From assembly GCA_963724765.1 (NCBI GenBank), contig CAVRVY010000004.1:1096606-1160605 (forward strand): DNA of 64,000 nt, in the 5' to 3' direction. The notes under the pieces were generated by a model. The model had not been told where the DNA came from. It did not search any database and saw nothing but the letters and a program-made list of their open reading frames with translations. The translations under genes and the position numbers were made by a program. Of the stretch, positions 52,733 through 62,957 are shown piece after piece. The stretch comes from an uncultured delta proteobacterium (GTDB taxonomy: Bacteria; Desulfobacterota; Binatia; Binatales; Binataceae). Within the stretch, counting starts at the first letter, position 1. Each line of letters starts with the position of its first letter.

Positions 52733-55179
52733 TCAGTCCTCTGCAGCCTTATCCAGTTCAAGAAGCTCCTGGTCCTTTTCCTCGACTGCTTTGTCGACCG
52801 GCTTCATATCCTGCACCGCGATGGTCACCTGGTGGATTTTGCCGGTGAATTTATTCTCGCCTTGCTTGTAGTCTTCGGTCACCGGGGTCTCCATATCCTC
52901 GCCGACGTCGGCGCCCTCGTCGGCTGAAAAAACCATCGCGTTCGTGTGGTCGACGCGTCCCTCTGCGACCTTCTTGTCATTGACGAAAATCGTTCCGGTG
53001 CCGCCCGCTCCCATCCCGCCGTCGTATAGGCGAACTCGTAGCGGATAGTTGCGTTGCCAGGCGGAATTGGTTGCTTGGCCGCGACTGTGTACCGTTTCAG
53101 ACCTACCCAGTTGTAGGTGTAAATTGGCCGGCCGTTCTTGAGATATAGCGTCCATCCGCCAAAGCGCCCGCCCTGGCATAAGATTACGCCGTTCGCGTTT
53201 TTATCCGGGACGTCGACCTCGGCTGTGATTGAGTGGGAGCGGTTCTTCACATTAATGAAGACGTTCTCCATCATTCCGGTCATACCCTCATAGACCGTGA
53301 GCGATTTACGGCCCGCCATCAGGTCAGGCCGCCCTGCCAAGGCTGCGTTTGCGCGCTCGATTGTTCGATCGTCAATGGGCAGTACATGGTATTTGACCGC
53401 TTCGATCATGAATGAGTTCTGCATCTGCTTGAGCTTGTCGCGGTTGCTCGCGGCGAGATCGTTGGCAAGGCTGAAATCATTTTCGGTGCTGTACAATTCC
53501 CACTTGTCATCCGCGAGAGAGGCTCGTGGCTTCATCTCCCACGGCGCCTTGTGAACGGTGCCCGCCAGCCAACCGTCCTGGTAAAGGCCCCGGTTGCCAA
53601 ATATCTCGAAGTACTGCACCGTATGGCGGCTCTTGGCGTTGGCTTGGTCGAATGTGTACATCATGCTCACGCCCTGGATTGGGATCTGCGCGGCGCCGTT
53701 TACCATTTTGGGCTCTGGCAATTCCGCGGCCTCCAAAATGGTGGGAGCCACGTCTATAACGTGATGGAATTGCGAACGGACTTCGTTCTTCGCCTTGATT
53801 CGCTTTGACCAATAGATGACCAGTGGATTGCGCGTGCCGCCGAAGCTCGAGGCGACCTGCTTGGTCCAGGTAAACGGCGTATCGCCGGCAACGGCCCATC
53901 CGGCGGCGTAGTGACTATAGGACAGCGGACCGCCCAGGTCGTTCATGCGGCTCAACTGTTCTTGAATGCTCTCCGGCACGCCGTTGAAGTAGGTCATCTC
54001 GTTGAAGAGACCCTGCATGCCCCCTTCGGCGCTCGCTCCATTGTCGCCGACGATGTAGAACACGAGCGTGTTGTCCAACTGGCCCGTGTCCTGGATGGCC
54101 TGAATCAGACGGCCAATCTCATGGTCGGTCATTTCTCCAAACCCCGCGAAAACCTCCATCTGATGCGCGAATAGCTTCTTCTCATCCGAGGTCAGCGCAT
54201 CCCAGTCCTTGATGGCCTTCGGTTTCGGCGCGAGCTTCGTACCGGGCGGCACCACGCCCAGCTTTATCTGCCGCGCCAGCGTCTGCTCTCGCACTTTGTC
54301 CCAGCCCTGATCGAACTGGCCCTTATATTTCGCGATCCACTCCTTCGGCACCTGATGCGGCGCGTGAACAGCCCCCGGCGCATAGTAGATGAAAAACGGC
54401 TTGTTTGGAGTCAGCGCCTTCTGCGTGCGCATCCAGTTGATCGCCTGATCGGTCATGTCGGTAGTGAAATGATAGTTGCGGTCGTGCGGAGGTTCGATCT
54501 TTACCATTCCGTCAAAGAGCATCGGCGACCATTGATTAGTCTCGCCGCCGATGAATCCATAGAACTTGTCGAAGCCTGAACGGATCGGCCACCGGTCGGT
54601 CGGGCCGGACACGCTGAGCTCCCAGGCTGCCGTCTCGTGCCACTTGCCGAACGCGGCGGTGCTGTAGCCATTGAGCCGGAGCGTCTCGGCGAGCGGTGCG
54701 ACGCTGGCGGGGCGCACGCCGGTTTGTCCCGGAAAAGCGGTTGCCACTTCCATGATCGCGCCGGTGTTTACCACATGATGATTGCGGCCGGTCAGAAGCG
54801 CGGCACGCGTCGGCGAGCAGAGCGCCGTGGTATGGAACTCGTTGTAGCGAAGTCCGTCAGCAGCGAGCTTTTCGAGCGTCGGCATACGGACTGGCCCACC
54901 GAAGGCGCTGGCCTGGCCGAATCCCATGTCGTCGATCAGCACGATCAATACGTTGGGAGCGCCCGCCGGCGCCTTGACCTCGAATCGGGGTGGAGGCGTA
55001 GCCCTGCGTGCGTCAAGTTCCGTGATTGCCGGATACCTGGGCTCCGGGATCGGCAGCACGGTGCGATCCAGCGGAGCATCTTGAGCCGACGCTGCGCGCG
55101 CCACGCAGGCCGCCGCGGTCACGACAAGAACCACCATCCAGATTCTCGCTATCGATCTGTTCGCGACCTCAGGTTTCAT
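52733..55179 (-). pseudogene. Arylsulfatase (formylglycine-dependent sulfatase family) with a C-terminal frameshift
   Basis: Signal peptide, NVLIVLIDDMGFG, and CSPTRAALLTGRNHH (the CxPxR FGly motif). The frame changes near 53023-53030 (ccTATAcgac on the coding strand): ...ATIRYEFAY continues as DGGMGAGGTGTIFVNDKKVAEGR... in ORF 52733-53179. Confidence 0.85.
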
Positions 55180-55436
55180 GGCGTACTCCGCCGGCGATGC
55201 TCGGACCTTAATTGGTCGCGTTACGAAATCGCGCTCGGTGACTTGCATACTCATCGCGGCACACCGGCTGGTAAATCAGACCTTGGTCCGATGCGTCCCG
55301 AGCATCCGAACCGAACCTTGACGCCAAAGCGAATCCGACCAAGGTCTGATTTCGTAGTTGTGCATAATCTGAGCATGCTGGACGTGAGCATCGGTGCGAT
55401 CGTGATGGCCGTCCGCCCCGGAGACAATTTGCTCTT

Positions 55437-55823
55437 TTGACAACCGGAACGAAACCCGCCCTGATCCTGGTGGAGGACGATTCATCGGTTCTCCGCGCAC
55501 TGCGCAGATTAATGCTCGCCGCAGGCTTTCGAGTGATGGCCTTCGATCGGCCGGACGCAGTTCTCGATAGCGAACTTCCGAAAGCCAACGCCTGCCTGGT
55601 GGTCGACGTGCATCTTCCCGAGATGAACGGGGTGCAACTCTGCGAGACCCTGGCCGCTTCTGGATGCCGGTTGCCGGTGATAATGATCACCGGCCATGTC
55701 GACCAGGCTACGCGCGAATTAGTGCAGCGCGCGAAGGCCGTCGCCGTTCTGTTCAAGCCGTTTACCCGAGACTCGTTGCTGGAGGCGATTTCCGAGGCTC
55801 TGGCGGCCGGCAAATGCGTTTAG
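55437..55823 (+). CDS. Single-domain response regulator (receiver)
   Basis: ALILVEDDSSV...CLVVDVHLPEMNG...PVIMITGH...LFKPF. The start is a TTG. Confidence 0.8.
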   Translation: MTTGTKPALILVEDDSSVLRALRRLMLAAGFRVMAFDRPDAVLDSELPKANACLVVDVHLPEMNGVQLCETLAASGCRLPVIMITGHVDQATRELVQRAKAVAVLFKPFTRDSLLEAISEALAAGKCV

Positions 55824-55890
55824 CCTTAGCTTTGCCCGCGATGGGCATCCTTGTAGAAAGGAGCAGCGATTAGGGCTAGAATTTGCTCGC

Positions 55891-57201
55891 GTGTCGCGAA
55901 TTACGACTTCCAGACAAGCCGCCCCGCTGCGAGGCTCCAAGCATCCCGGCGCTTCATCTGATGAGACGCGCCAATTCGAGGAGTTGATCATCGAGTTGGC
56001 CAGTGCGTTCGTGCGGGTCACAGGCGACAAGATCGACCGGGAAATCAATCGCTGGCTGGAGCGAATTGTTCTGGCCCTGGGCCTGGATCGCAGCACGATC
56101 GCCGAGATCAATCCTGCGGACGGTTGGGCCACCTTTAGCCACGGCTGGGCGCGCGAGCCGGAGCACATTATCGGCAGCTCGCTGGACGTCAACACTCTGA
56201 TGCCTTGGACCAAGCGAAAGATGCTGGCGGGAGCGACAGTCGTGATGCCGAACGTGGACGCGCTGCCCGACGAGGCCGCCGTCGACCGTGAAAGTATGCG
56301 GCTCCACGGGCCCAAATCCAGCGTGATGGTACCGATAAGGGTTGGCGGAGTAGTCGTCGCGGCGGTCGGATTCGGAGCCCTGTACCGCGAGCGCTCCTGG
56401 CCGCCGCGGATTGTCCGGCGGCTGCAGACGGTGGCGCAGATCTTCGGCTTCGCGCTGGAGCGCAAGCGCGCGATAATCCAGGTGCTCCAACTGCGCAACG
56501 AACTGACCTATATCTCGCGCGTCAGCACCATGGGCGAGCTGGCGGCTTCGCTGGCGCATGAAATCAACCAGCCGCTGGCGGCGATTCGGAGCAACGCCGA
56601 GGCAATCCAGAGCATGCTCGAATCGAAGACGCCGGACCTCGACGAAATCAAGGCGGCAGTCGCGGATATAGTCACTGACGACGCGCGCGCGGGCGAGACG
56701 ATTCGCCGGCTGCGTGCGTTATTCCGGCGCGAGGACCTTGCGCGCTCAGAAATCGAGCTTGGAGAACTATTGCGAGAGGTCAGCCGCATAATCAGGAGCG
56801 ACGCTATAATTCGCAAGATCTCGCTTACGCTTGACCTGCGCCAACCGCTGCGCCCGGTCTTTGCCGATCGAGTTCAGATACAGCAGGCGATAATCAATCT
56901 TCTCCTGAACGCGTTCGATGCGGTTTCCGGGACGGAAGAGAACTCACGCCAGGTCGCACTATCCGCGGTGGCGGAAGACTCCGGCTGCGTCAGGGTGCTC
57001 GTATACGATTCGGGCAAAGGAATCGACCCGGACGTTATGCCTCGAATCTTCGATGCCTTCTTCACGACCAAGCCCAATGGCATGGGAATGGGGCTGGCTA
57101 TTTCACGATCGATCGTCGAAGCGCACGGCGGACGGCTTTCCGTTTCGTCAAACCCGGGCCACGGCACGACCTTTGAGATCACGCTTCCCTGTCCGGTCTG
57201 A
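55891..57201 (+). CDS. Cytoplasmic sensor histidine kinase (GAF-like sensor plus HisKA plus HATPase_c)
   Basis: H-box ELAASLAHEINQPLAAI, N-box LLLNAFDA and G-boxes DSGKGI and GMGMGLAISRSIVEAHGG. I saw no TM segment. Confidence 0.85.
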   Translation: MSRITTSRQAAPLRGSKHPGASSDETRQFEELIIELASAFVRVTGDKIDREINRWLERIVLALGLDRSTIAEINPADGWATFSHGWAREPEHIIGSSLDVNTLMPWTKRKMLAGATVVMPNVDALPDEAAVDRESMRLHGPKSSVMVPIRVGGVVVAAVGFGALYRERSWPPRIVRRLQTVAQIFGFALERKRAIIQVLQLRNELTYISRVSTMGELAASLAHEINQPLAAIRSNAEAIQSMLESKTPDLDEIKAAVADIVTDDARAGETIRRLRALFRREDLARSEIELGELLREVSRIIRSDAIIRKISLTLDLRQPLRPVFADRVQIQQAIINLLLNAFDAVSGTEENSRQVALSAVAEDSGCVRVLVYDSGKGIDPDVMPRIFDAFFTTKPNGMGMGLAISRSIVEAHGGRLSVSSNPGHGTTFEITLPCPV

Positions 57202-57244
57202 AGCATCCCTTTGAGGGCGAACCGAAATCGCCTATCCGCGAACC

Positions 57245-57904
57245 ATGACGCAAAGAACGGTAGTAGCTATTATCGACGACGAGGAATCGGTTCGGAAGTC
57301 GCTGGTACGGATGCTTCAGGCAAAGGGGGGGCTCCAGGCGCTGGCATTCCCGTCAGCGCAACAGTTTCTGGACAGTCCCCAAAGCAAAATCGTCTCTTGC
57401 GTCGTGTCGGACCTGCGGATGCCCGAGATGGACGGGCTGGGCTTTCAACGGATGCTGCACGCGAAGCTGCCGCATCTTTCGATGGTCTTCATCACCGGCC
57501 ACGGCGACATTCCCGCCAGCGTCACGGCGATGAAGGCCGGTGCGGTCGACTTTCTCGAGAAGCCGGTGAAGGGCGCCACCTTGATCGATGCCATACACCG
57601 GGCCAGCGAGCGCAGCTTCAAGTTGCAGGCCGTCAATGCCGAGATCGACGCATTAAAGGCTCGCTACGAGACATTGACCCCGCGCGAGCGCGAGGTCTTC
57701 TCGCTGGTCGCAGCCGGTCTCCTGAACAAGCAGGTCGCGGCCCAGCTCGGCGTCGCCGAGAAAACCATCAAGCAGCATCGTGGCCACGTGGTCGACAAGA
57801 TGGCGGTGCAATCGCTGGCCGACCTGGTCCTGATGGCCGAGCGTCTCGGCGTCAGGCCAAACGGAGCCGATTTCGCTAGAGCCATGGGTAAGCTGACCTT
57901 ATAG
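57245..57904 (+). CDS. FixJ/LuxR-family response regulator
   Basis: Receiver motifs (VAIIDDEESV, VVSDLRMPEMDG, FITGHGD, EKP) plus the LuxR HTH REREVFSLVAAGLLNKQVAAQLGVAEKTIKQHRGHV. Confidence 0.9.
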   Translation: MTQRTVVAIIDDEESVRKSLVRMLQAKGGLQALAFPSAQQFLDSPQSKIVSCVVSDLRMPEMDGLGFQRMLHAKLPHLSMVFITGHGDIPASVTAMKAGAVDFLEKPVKGATLIDAIHRASERSFKLQAVNAEIDALKARYETLTPREREVFSLVAAGLLNKQVAAQLGVAEKTIKQHRGHVVDKMAVQSLADLVLMAERLGVRPNGADFARAMGKLTL

Positions 57905-58009
57905 AGCGCGCGGCGCCAATCCCACTGAGACTAAAGTCCGATTTGCCGCGGCTTCGCGCGCTGACATCATGGCCCAACACTGAGTCAGCATGGAAGAAGG
58001 CGTGATCCG

Positions 58010-59161
58010 ATGAGTGCTGTCGCACAGAGGCTGGATCAGGGACGGATATCCTTCGAGCGGACTGACGAGTCGACGCTCGTGGCGCACCTTTCCGGCCCCT
58101 GGCATTTGCAGCGCGATCTGCCGCCAATTTCCGTGCTGCTCGCCGAACTCGGTGCGCGGCCCGGCGCCAAGCGGCTATCGTATGAGACTGCCGAGCTTAC
58201 GCACTGGGACAGCGGGCTGATCTCATTTCTGACCAATACGGCCGAGATCTGTCGCGCACGCGGGATCGTCGAGGATCGCGGCGGGCTTCCGGCCGGCCTA
58301 AGACGCCTGCTCGAACTGGCCGAGGCGGTTCCTGAAAAAAAGGGCGCGCGCAGCGAGGCGGTGCGCATCTCGTTCTTCGAGCGCGTGGGCAACGTGACGA
58401 TCGGCTATGGCCTCTCAGTGGGCGAGTTTCTGGGTTTCCTCGGCGATGTGACGCTGGCCTTCGTAAAATTTTTCCGCGGCAAAGCGCGCTATCGAAAGAT
58501 CGACCTGCTCGAGGTCATCCAGGAATGCGGCCCCAGCGCGGTCGGAATCGTCACCCTGATCTCGTTTCTGGTCGGTGTGATCCTCGCCTTCATGGGCGCG
58601 GTGCAGTTGTCGCAGTTCGGTGCGTCGATTTACGTCGCCGATCTAGTCGGCATCGGCATGGTCCGCGACATGGCCGCGATGATGACGGCGATTATCATGT
58701 CGGGCCGCACCGGGGCCGCGTTCGCCGCAAAGCTCGGCACGATGAAGGTGACCCAGGAGATCGACGCGCTGACTACGATGGGCGTGTCGCCGCTGGAGTT
58801 TCTGGTCCTGCCGCGGGTGCTCGCGCTGGTGCTGATGATGCCGCTGCTCTGCCTGTTCGCAGACCTGGTCGGAATACTCGGCGGCCTGTTCGTCGGGGTC
58901 GCGATGCTCGATCTGTCCGCCGGCAGTTATCTGCGCGAGACCATCTCGACTCTGACCCTGGTCAACCTGTTCGGCGGGATAATCAAGGGAACTTTCTACG
59001 GCGTGCTGATAGCAATTGCCGGATGCCTGCGCGGCTTTCAGTGCGGCAACAGCTCCTCGGCGGTCGGCGATGCGGCGACGCAGGCGGTGGTGATGGCGAT
59101 CGTCATGATCGTGGTCGCTTGCGGCCTGTTTGCCGTGGTTTTCAATTTCCTGGGGATTTGA
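58010..59161 (+). CDS. MlaE-family ABC permease with an N-terminal STAS-like extension
   Basis: The C-terminal 260 or so aa match the MlaE/YrbE type (GRTGAAFAAKLGTMKVTQEIDALTTMGVSP). The N-terminal 120 or so aa form a soluble domain resembling STAS/MlaB. Confidence 0.85.
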   Translation: MSAVAQRLDQGRISFERTDESTLVAHLSGPWHLQRDLPPISVLLAELGARPGAKRLSYETAELTHWDSGLISFLTNTAEICRARGIVEDRGGLPAGLRRLLELAEAVPEKKGARSEAVRISFFERVGNVTIGYGLSVGEFLGFLGDVTLAFVKFFRGKARYRKIDLLEVIQECGPSAVGIVTLISFLVGVILAFMGAVQLSQFGASIYVADLVGIGMVRDMAAMMTAIIMSGRTGAAFAAKLGTMKVTQEIDALTTMGVSPLEFLVLPRVLALVLMMPLLCLFADLVGILGGLFVGVAMLDLSAGSYLRETISTLTLVNLFGGIIKGTFYGVLIAIAGCLRGFQCGNSSSAVGDAATQAVVMAIVMIVVACGLFAVVFNFLGI

Positions 59162-59175
59162 GCGCGCACCTCACG

Positions 59176-59982
59176 ATGGCTGCAGGAAACAGCGAAAATC
59201 GCTCCAACGAGGAGCCGCACATCATCGTCCGCGACCTGACGATGGCCTACGGCAGTTTCGTCCTGATGCGCGATCTCAACTTCATGGTGAAACGCGGCGA
59301 CATGTTCATCATCATGGGCGGCAGCGGATGCGGCAAGAGCACGCTGCTGCGCCATCTGATCGGGCTCAAGGAACCTGCGACGGGGGAGATCCTCTATGGA
59401 GACGTGAATTTCACCCGCGCCGGGCAGGAACAGCGCGAACGGCTGCTGCGACGCTTCGGTATTCTGTACCAGAGCGGCGCACTGTGGAGTTCAATGACGC
59501 TAGCGGAGAACATCGGCCTGCCGCTCGGCGAGTTCACCGATTTGACGCCGTCGCAGATCCGCGAAATCGCCGCGCTCAAGCTGGCGCTGGTCGGGCTCAA
59601 AGGTTTCGAAGACTTCTACCCCAACCAGATCAGCGGCGGCATGCAGAAGCGCGCGGGGCTGGCGCGCGCGATGGCGCTCGATCCGGACATCCTGTTCTTC
59701 GACGAGCCGTCGGCCGGACTCGATCCGATTAGCTCGCGCCTGCTCGACGATTTGATCCTCGAGCTGCGCGCGAATCTTGGCGCAACGATAGTCGTGGTCA
59801 CCCACGAGCTGGCCAGCATCTTTACCATCGCCAACAACAGCGTCTTCCTGGACGCGGAGTCGCGCGTCCAGATCGCGACCGGCGATCCGCATGACATGCT
59901 TGCGCATTCGAAAGACCCGCGGGTACGAAGGTTTCTCACTCGCGGACAAGAGGGAGGCGACTCAGTAGGCAGTCATGAGTAA
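59176..59982 (+). CDS. MlaF-like ABC transporter ATP-binding protein
   Basis: Walker A GGSGCGKST, signature ISGGMQKRAGLARA and Walker B ILFFDEPSAGLDP. Confidence 0.9.
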   Translation: MAAGNSENRSNEEPHIIVRDLTMAYGSFVLMRDLNFMVKRGDMFIIMGGSGCGKSTLLRHLIGLKEPATGEILYGDVNFTRAGQEQRERLLRRFGILYQSGALWSSMTLAENIGLPLGEFTDLTPSQIREIAALKLALVGLKGFEDFYPNQISGGMQKRAGLARAMALDPDILFFDEPSAGLDPISSRLLDDLILELRANLGATIVVVTHELASIFTIANNSVFLDAESRVQIATGDPHDMLAHSKDPRVRRFLTRGQEGGDSVGSHE

Positions 59983-60952
59983 ACGGGTCAGTCCAGCGGT
60001 AATCGGCGCGTTCGTCGTCGCCAGCTTTGCGATCCTGGTGGTAGCCTTGATCGTAGTCGGCTCGGGCCGGATGTTCACCAGGCCGATTCGCTTCATCTGC
60101 ATGTTCCAGGGCAACCTCAACGGATTGAAGATTGGCGCGCCGGTCAAGGTCAGGGGAGTGCAGATCGGCACGGTCGCGGCGATCGAGCTCAGGCTCTTGC
60201 CCTCCCAGGGAACGATACGACCGGGTATCAGGGGTCTTCGATTGCCGGTCATCATCGATGTCGACCGATCGCAACTGCTGGCGAGGGGAGGAACCGGCGC
60301 GGCGCTCGACAAGACCGGCTTCGATGACATGATCAAAATGGGAATGCGGGCGCAACTCAATACAGAAAGTCTTCTGACCGGACTTCTGTATATCGATCTC
60401 GATCTCCACCCCAACACGCCAATCAAATATGTGCTGGAGCCGGGCGGACCTTACCGGGAAATCCCGACCGTGCAGACCGACCTGGCGCAGCTCCAGGAAC
60501 GGCTGACGCAGGCACTGGATAAATTCGAGAAGATCGACTTCCAGGCCCTGGTCACCTCAATTACCGACGCCGCCAACTCGATCAAGACTCTCACCGGTTC
60601 GCCGGAACTCAAGGCCACGTTGGAGTCGCTCAAGGGAACAGTTGCGAATCTGAACCAGGCGGTCACCTCAGCCCGCAATCTGCTCAATAGCGCCAACTCA
60701 AAGGTCGGTCCGCTGGTTACGGATATTCGAGAGAGCTCGGACGAAGCCAACAAGACGATGAAGGAAACCCGTGCCGCGTTGGTCAGCCTCCAGCAAACGC
60801 TCGATCCCGGCTCGCCACTGGCGGTGCATCTCAACCAGACCCTCGACTCACTTACCGAGACCTCGCGATCGCTCGGAGAGTTCACCGACTATCTGCAGCG
60901 CAATCCAGGCGCTTTGATCCGCGGACGGTACGTGCCGGACAAGGATAAGTGA
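59975..60952 (+). CDS. MlaD/MCE-domain substrate-binding protein
   Basis: An N-terminal TM helix, an MCE domain (GLKIGAPVKVRGVQIGTV) and a C-terminal helical region. The start overlaps the mlaF stop. Confidence 0.85.
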   Translation: MSKRVSPAVIGAFVVASFAILVVALIVVGSGRMFTRPIRFICMFQGNLNGLKIGAPVKVRGVQIGTVAAIELRLLPSQGTIRPGIRGLRLPVIIDVDRSQLLARGGTGAALDKTGFDDMIKMGMRAQLNTESLLTGLLYIDLDLHPNTPIKYVLEPGGPYREIPTVQTDLAQLQERLTQALDKFEKIDFQALVTSITDAANSIKTLTGSPELKATLESLKGTVANLNQAVTSARNLLNSANSKVGPLVTDIRESSDEANKTMKETRAALVSLQQTLDPGSPLAVHLNQTLDSLTETSRSLGEFTDYLQRNPGALIRGRYVPDKDK

Positions 60953-61620
60953 CCGTGATGAATCTCAAGACGAAGGTGATCGCGTTCGGCGCGTGCGCGA
61001 TGGCGGCGGGATGTTCGGTACTCTCGCCCCAGCCCGACCGCTCCAAGTTCTTCATCCTGACCCCTGTTTCCGACAGCGCCAGGATGTCCGCCAATCCGGC
61101 CTCGACCAACCCGAGTTCGCAGCTCACCATCGGGGTGGGTCCGGTCGATTTCCCCGAGTATCTTCGCCGTCTGCCGGTGGTGACGCGCGTCGCGCCCAAC
61201 CGAATCGATCTCTCCGATGAAAAGCGCTGGGCCGAGCCGCTCGACAAGAATTTCGTACGCGTGCTGTCGGAAAACCTTGCGACGCTGCTGAACACCCAGC
61301 GGATCGAGAAATATCCGTGGGCGCTGAGGGCCAAGGTCGACTACCAGATCGAAATTGACGTCCAACGGTTCGAGACCACCAGCGACGGCCAATCGCAGCT
61401 ACTCGCGAGCTGGATCATCAGAGATGGCCAGAGCAGCAAAATCCTATACGCGTCACGGACCACCGCCGGAGCGCCTGCGGGGGCCGACGAGCTCAGCGCG
61501 TCATCAGCCCTGAGCAGCGATCTGGCGACGCTCAGCAAGGAGATTGCCTTGCGGGTCACGGAACTTAGCCATCATCGCACCCCCATCAACGCGGATTCGA
61601 GTGCCGCTTCAGCCTCCTGA
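60949..61620 (+). CDS. ABC-type transport auxiliary lipoprotein (PqiC/DUF330-like)
   Basis: Lipobox AAGC followed by SKFFILTP and RWAEPLDKNFVRVL. It is collinear with the protein at 44415-45014. Confidence 0.7.
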   Translation: MTVMNLKTKVIAFGACAMAAGCSVLSPQPDRSKFFILTPVSDSARMSANPASTNPSSQLTIGVGPVDFPEYLRRLPVVTRVAPNRIDLSDEKRWAEPLDKNFVRVLSENLATLLNTQRIEKYPWALRAKVDYQIEIDVQRFETTSDGQSQLLASWIIRDGQSSKILYASRTTAGAPAGADELSASSALSSDLATLSKEIALRVTELSHHRTPINADSSAASAS

Positions 61621-61698
61621 CTACCATCGCACGACGGCGGCGTGTCTCACCGGAAGCGGCTATACCGTAAACCAGGACTGGTGACGGACAATACTCAT

Positions 61699-62658
61699 TC
61701 AGAGTTCAAGCTTCGGAAATAATAGACCGACCTGAAAATTCATAGTGAATTGCTCAGTCTCATTGACAAACTGCCGATAGGCGGTCCACTCACCCGAAGC
61801 GGAAGTATCGATCGCGTAGCCATTGGAAAACTGCCAGACCCTGCCGAATCCCGCACTCAGTGGGATTGTGGTCGAGGTCTTGTGGCGCAGGTTGAAAGTC
61901 CACGTCGCGTCACTCGAGCTCAGGTACCATCCGTGCCCGAGCTCATAGCTCAGAATCGGCTGAAACGTCAGCGCGGAAACCGGAGTCGCCTTCGACGAAG
62001 TATACGCGAATGAGGTCGCTTGCTGCAGAAGTCCGGCGATATCAAGTCCGGGAATTCCGCGATAGGAAAAAGCCCCGGCCGGTCCCATCTGCCACGATTT
62101 GTTTCCAGTGCGGTCACTCGACGCAGTCGGAAACACCAGATATGGTCCGATTCCCAAACGCAGGCCAATCTCCTTTGAGTTCGGCCATGGTATCGCAAAC
62201 AGGTCAAGCAATTGCATGTCGTCGTACGCCGTTGTCGTCGATGCGCCCTTTCCATTGGGAACGGTCACTATCTTGATTGTCGGACGGATAAGCTGTTCCA
62301 CAGGGATGAATGAGAAAGGACGAATCGCGAAGATCGACCTGAGCTGTACCGTATTCGGCTGCGCATTGGTGCCGTATTCGGCCGGAGTATATAAGTCTTT
62401 GACTTGTATCTGAGTCAGGTACGAGAGCGGATCCGTTACCTGTTCGGCCAGTGGTTCATTGTCGGACTGGCTGGCAGGTACAGACACTGATTGCCCGTAA
62501 CTGAGCGAAGGGCGCGCAATCAGAAGCATCGCCAAGATCAGGACCTGGCCGGGCGCGGCTTTGACATACTTGCGTGCCGGTCCATCGTTGCAAGAGCGCT
62601 GGTCCGCGCGGCTCGCCGGCCGCAACACCCGCGAGTCCGTTTCTAATGAAATTTCCAT
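61699..62658 (-). CDS. Putative outer-membrane beta-barrel protein
   Basis: A hydrophobic signal-like segment (VLILAMLLIARPSLSYGQS) and an alternating strand pattern. The C-terminus is ...LLFPKLEL, which is not the canonical aromatic end. The start is uncertain. Confidence 0.5.
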   Translation of the reverse strand: MEISLETDSRVLRPASRADQRSCNDGPARKYVKAAPGQVLILAMLLIARPSLSYGQSVSVPASQSDNEPLAEQVTDPLSYLTQIQVKDLYTPAEYGTNAQPNTVQLRSIFAIRPFSFIPVEQLIRPTIKIVTVPNGKGASTTTAYDDMQLLDLFAIPWPNSKEIGLRLGIGPYLVFPTASSDRTGNKSWQMGPAGAFSYRGIPGLDIAGLLQQATSFAYTSSKATPVSALTFQPILSYELGHGWYLSSSDATWTFNLRHKTSTTIPLSAGFGRVWQFSNGYAIDTSASGEWTAYRQFVNETEQFTMNFQVGLLFPKLEL

Positions 62659-62957
62659 TTTCTCTCACGATTCAAACTGACCGGCCGTCAAGGGACAGCC
62701 GGCTTTTCGCTTTCCTCCATCACCCGGGACCACTTCGCAGTCCCCATGGTGCGTGACATTCAGAGGCCGCGCAAACCGGACTTAGGTCCAATAGCCCAGG
62801 CGCTCGCCGAATGGGAGACCGGCGCGGCATCCTGCGCCTAGGACCAAGGTCCAATTGGCAAAGCTTTAGTCCGCAAGACAACATGACGCCGTCAGACGCC
62901 TCGCGGAGGACCTGGCAGTCGAAAAACAATAAACGGGATATACGGAGAGCTAAAACG

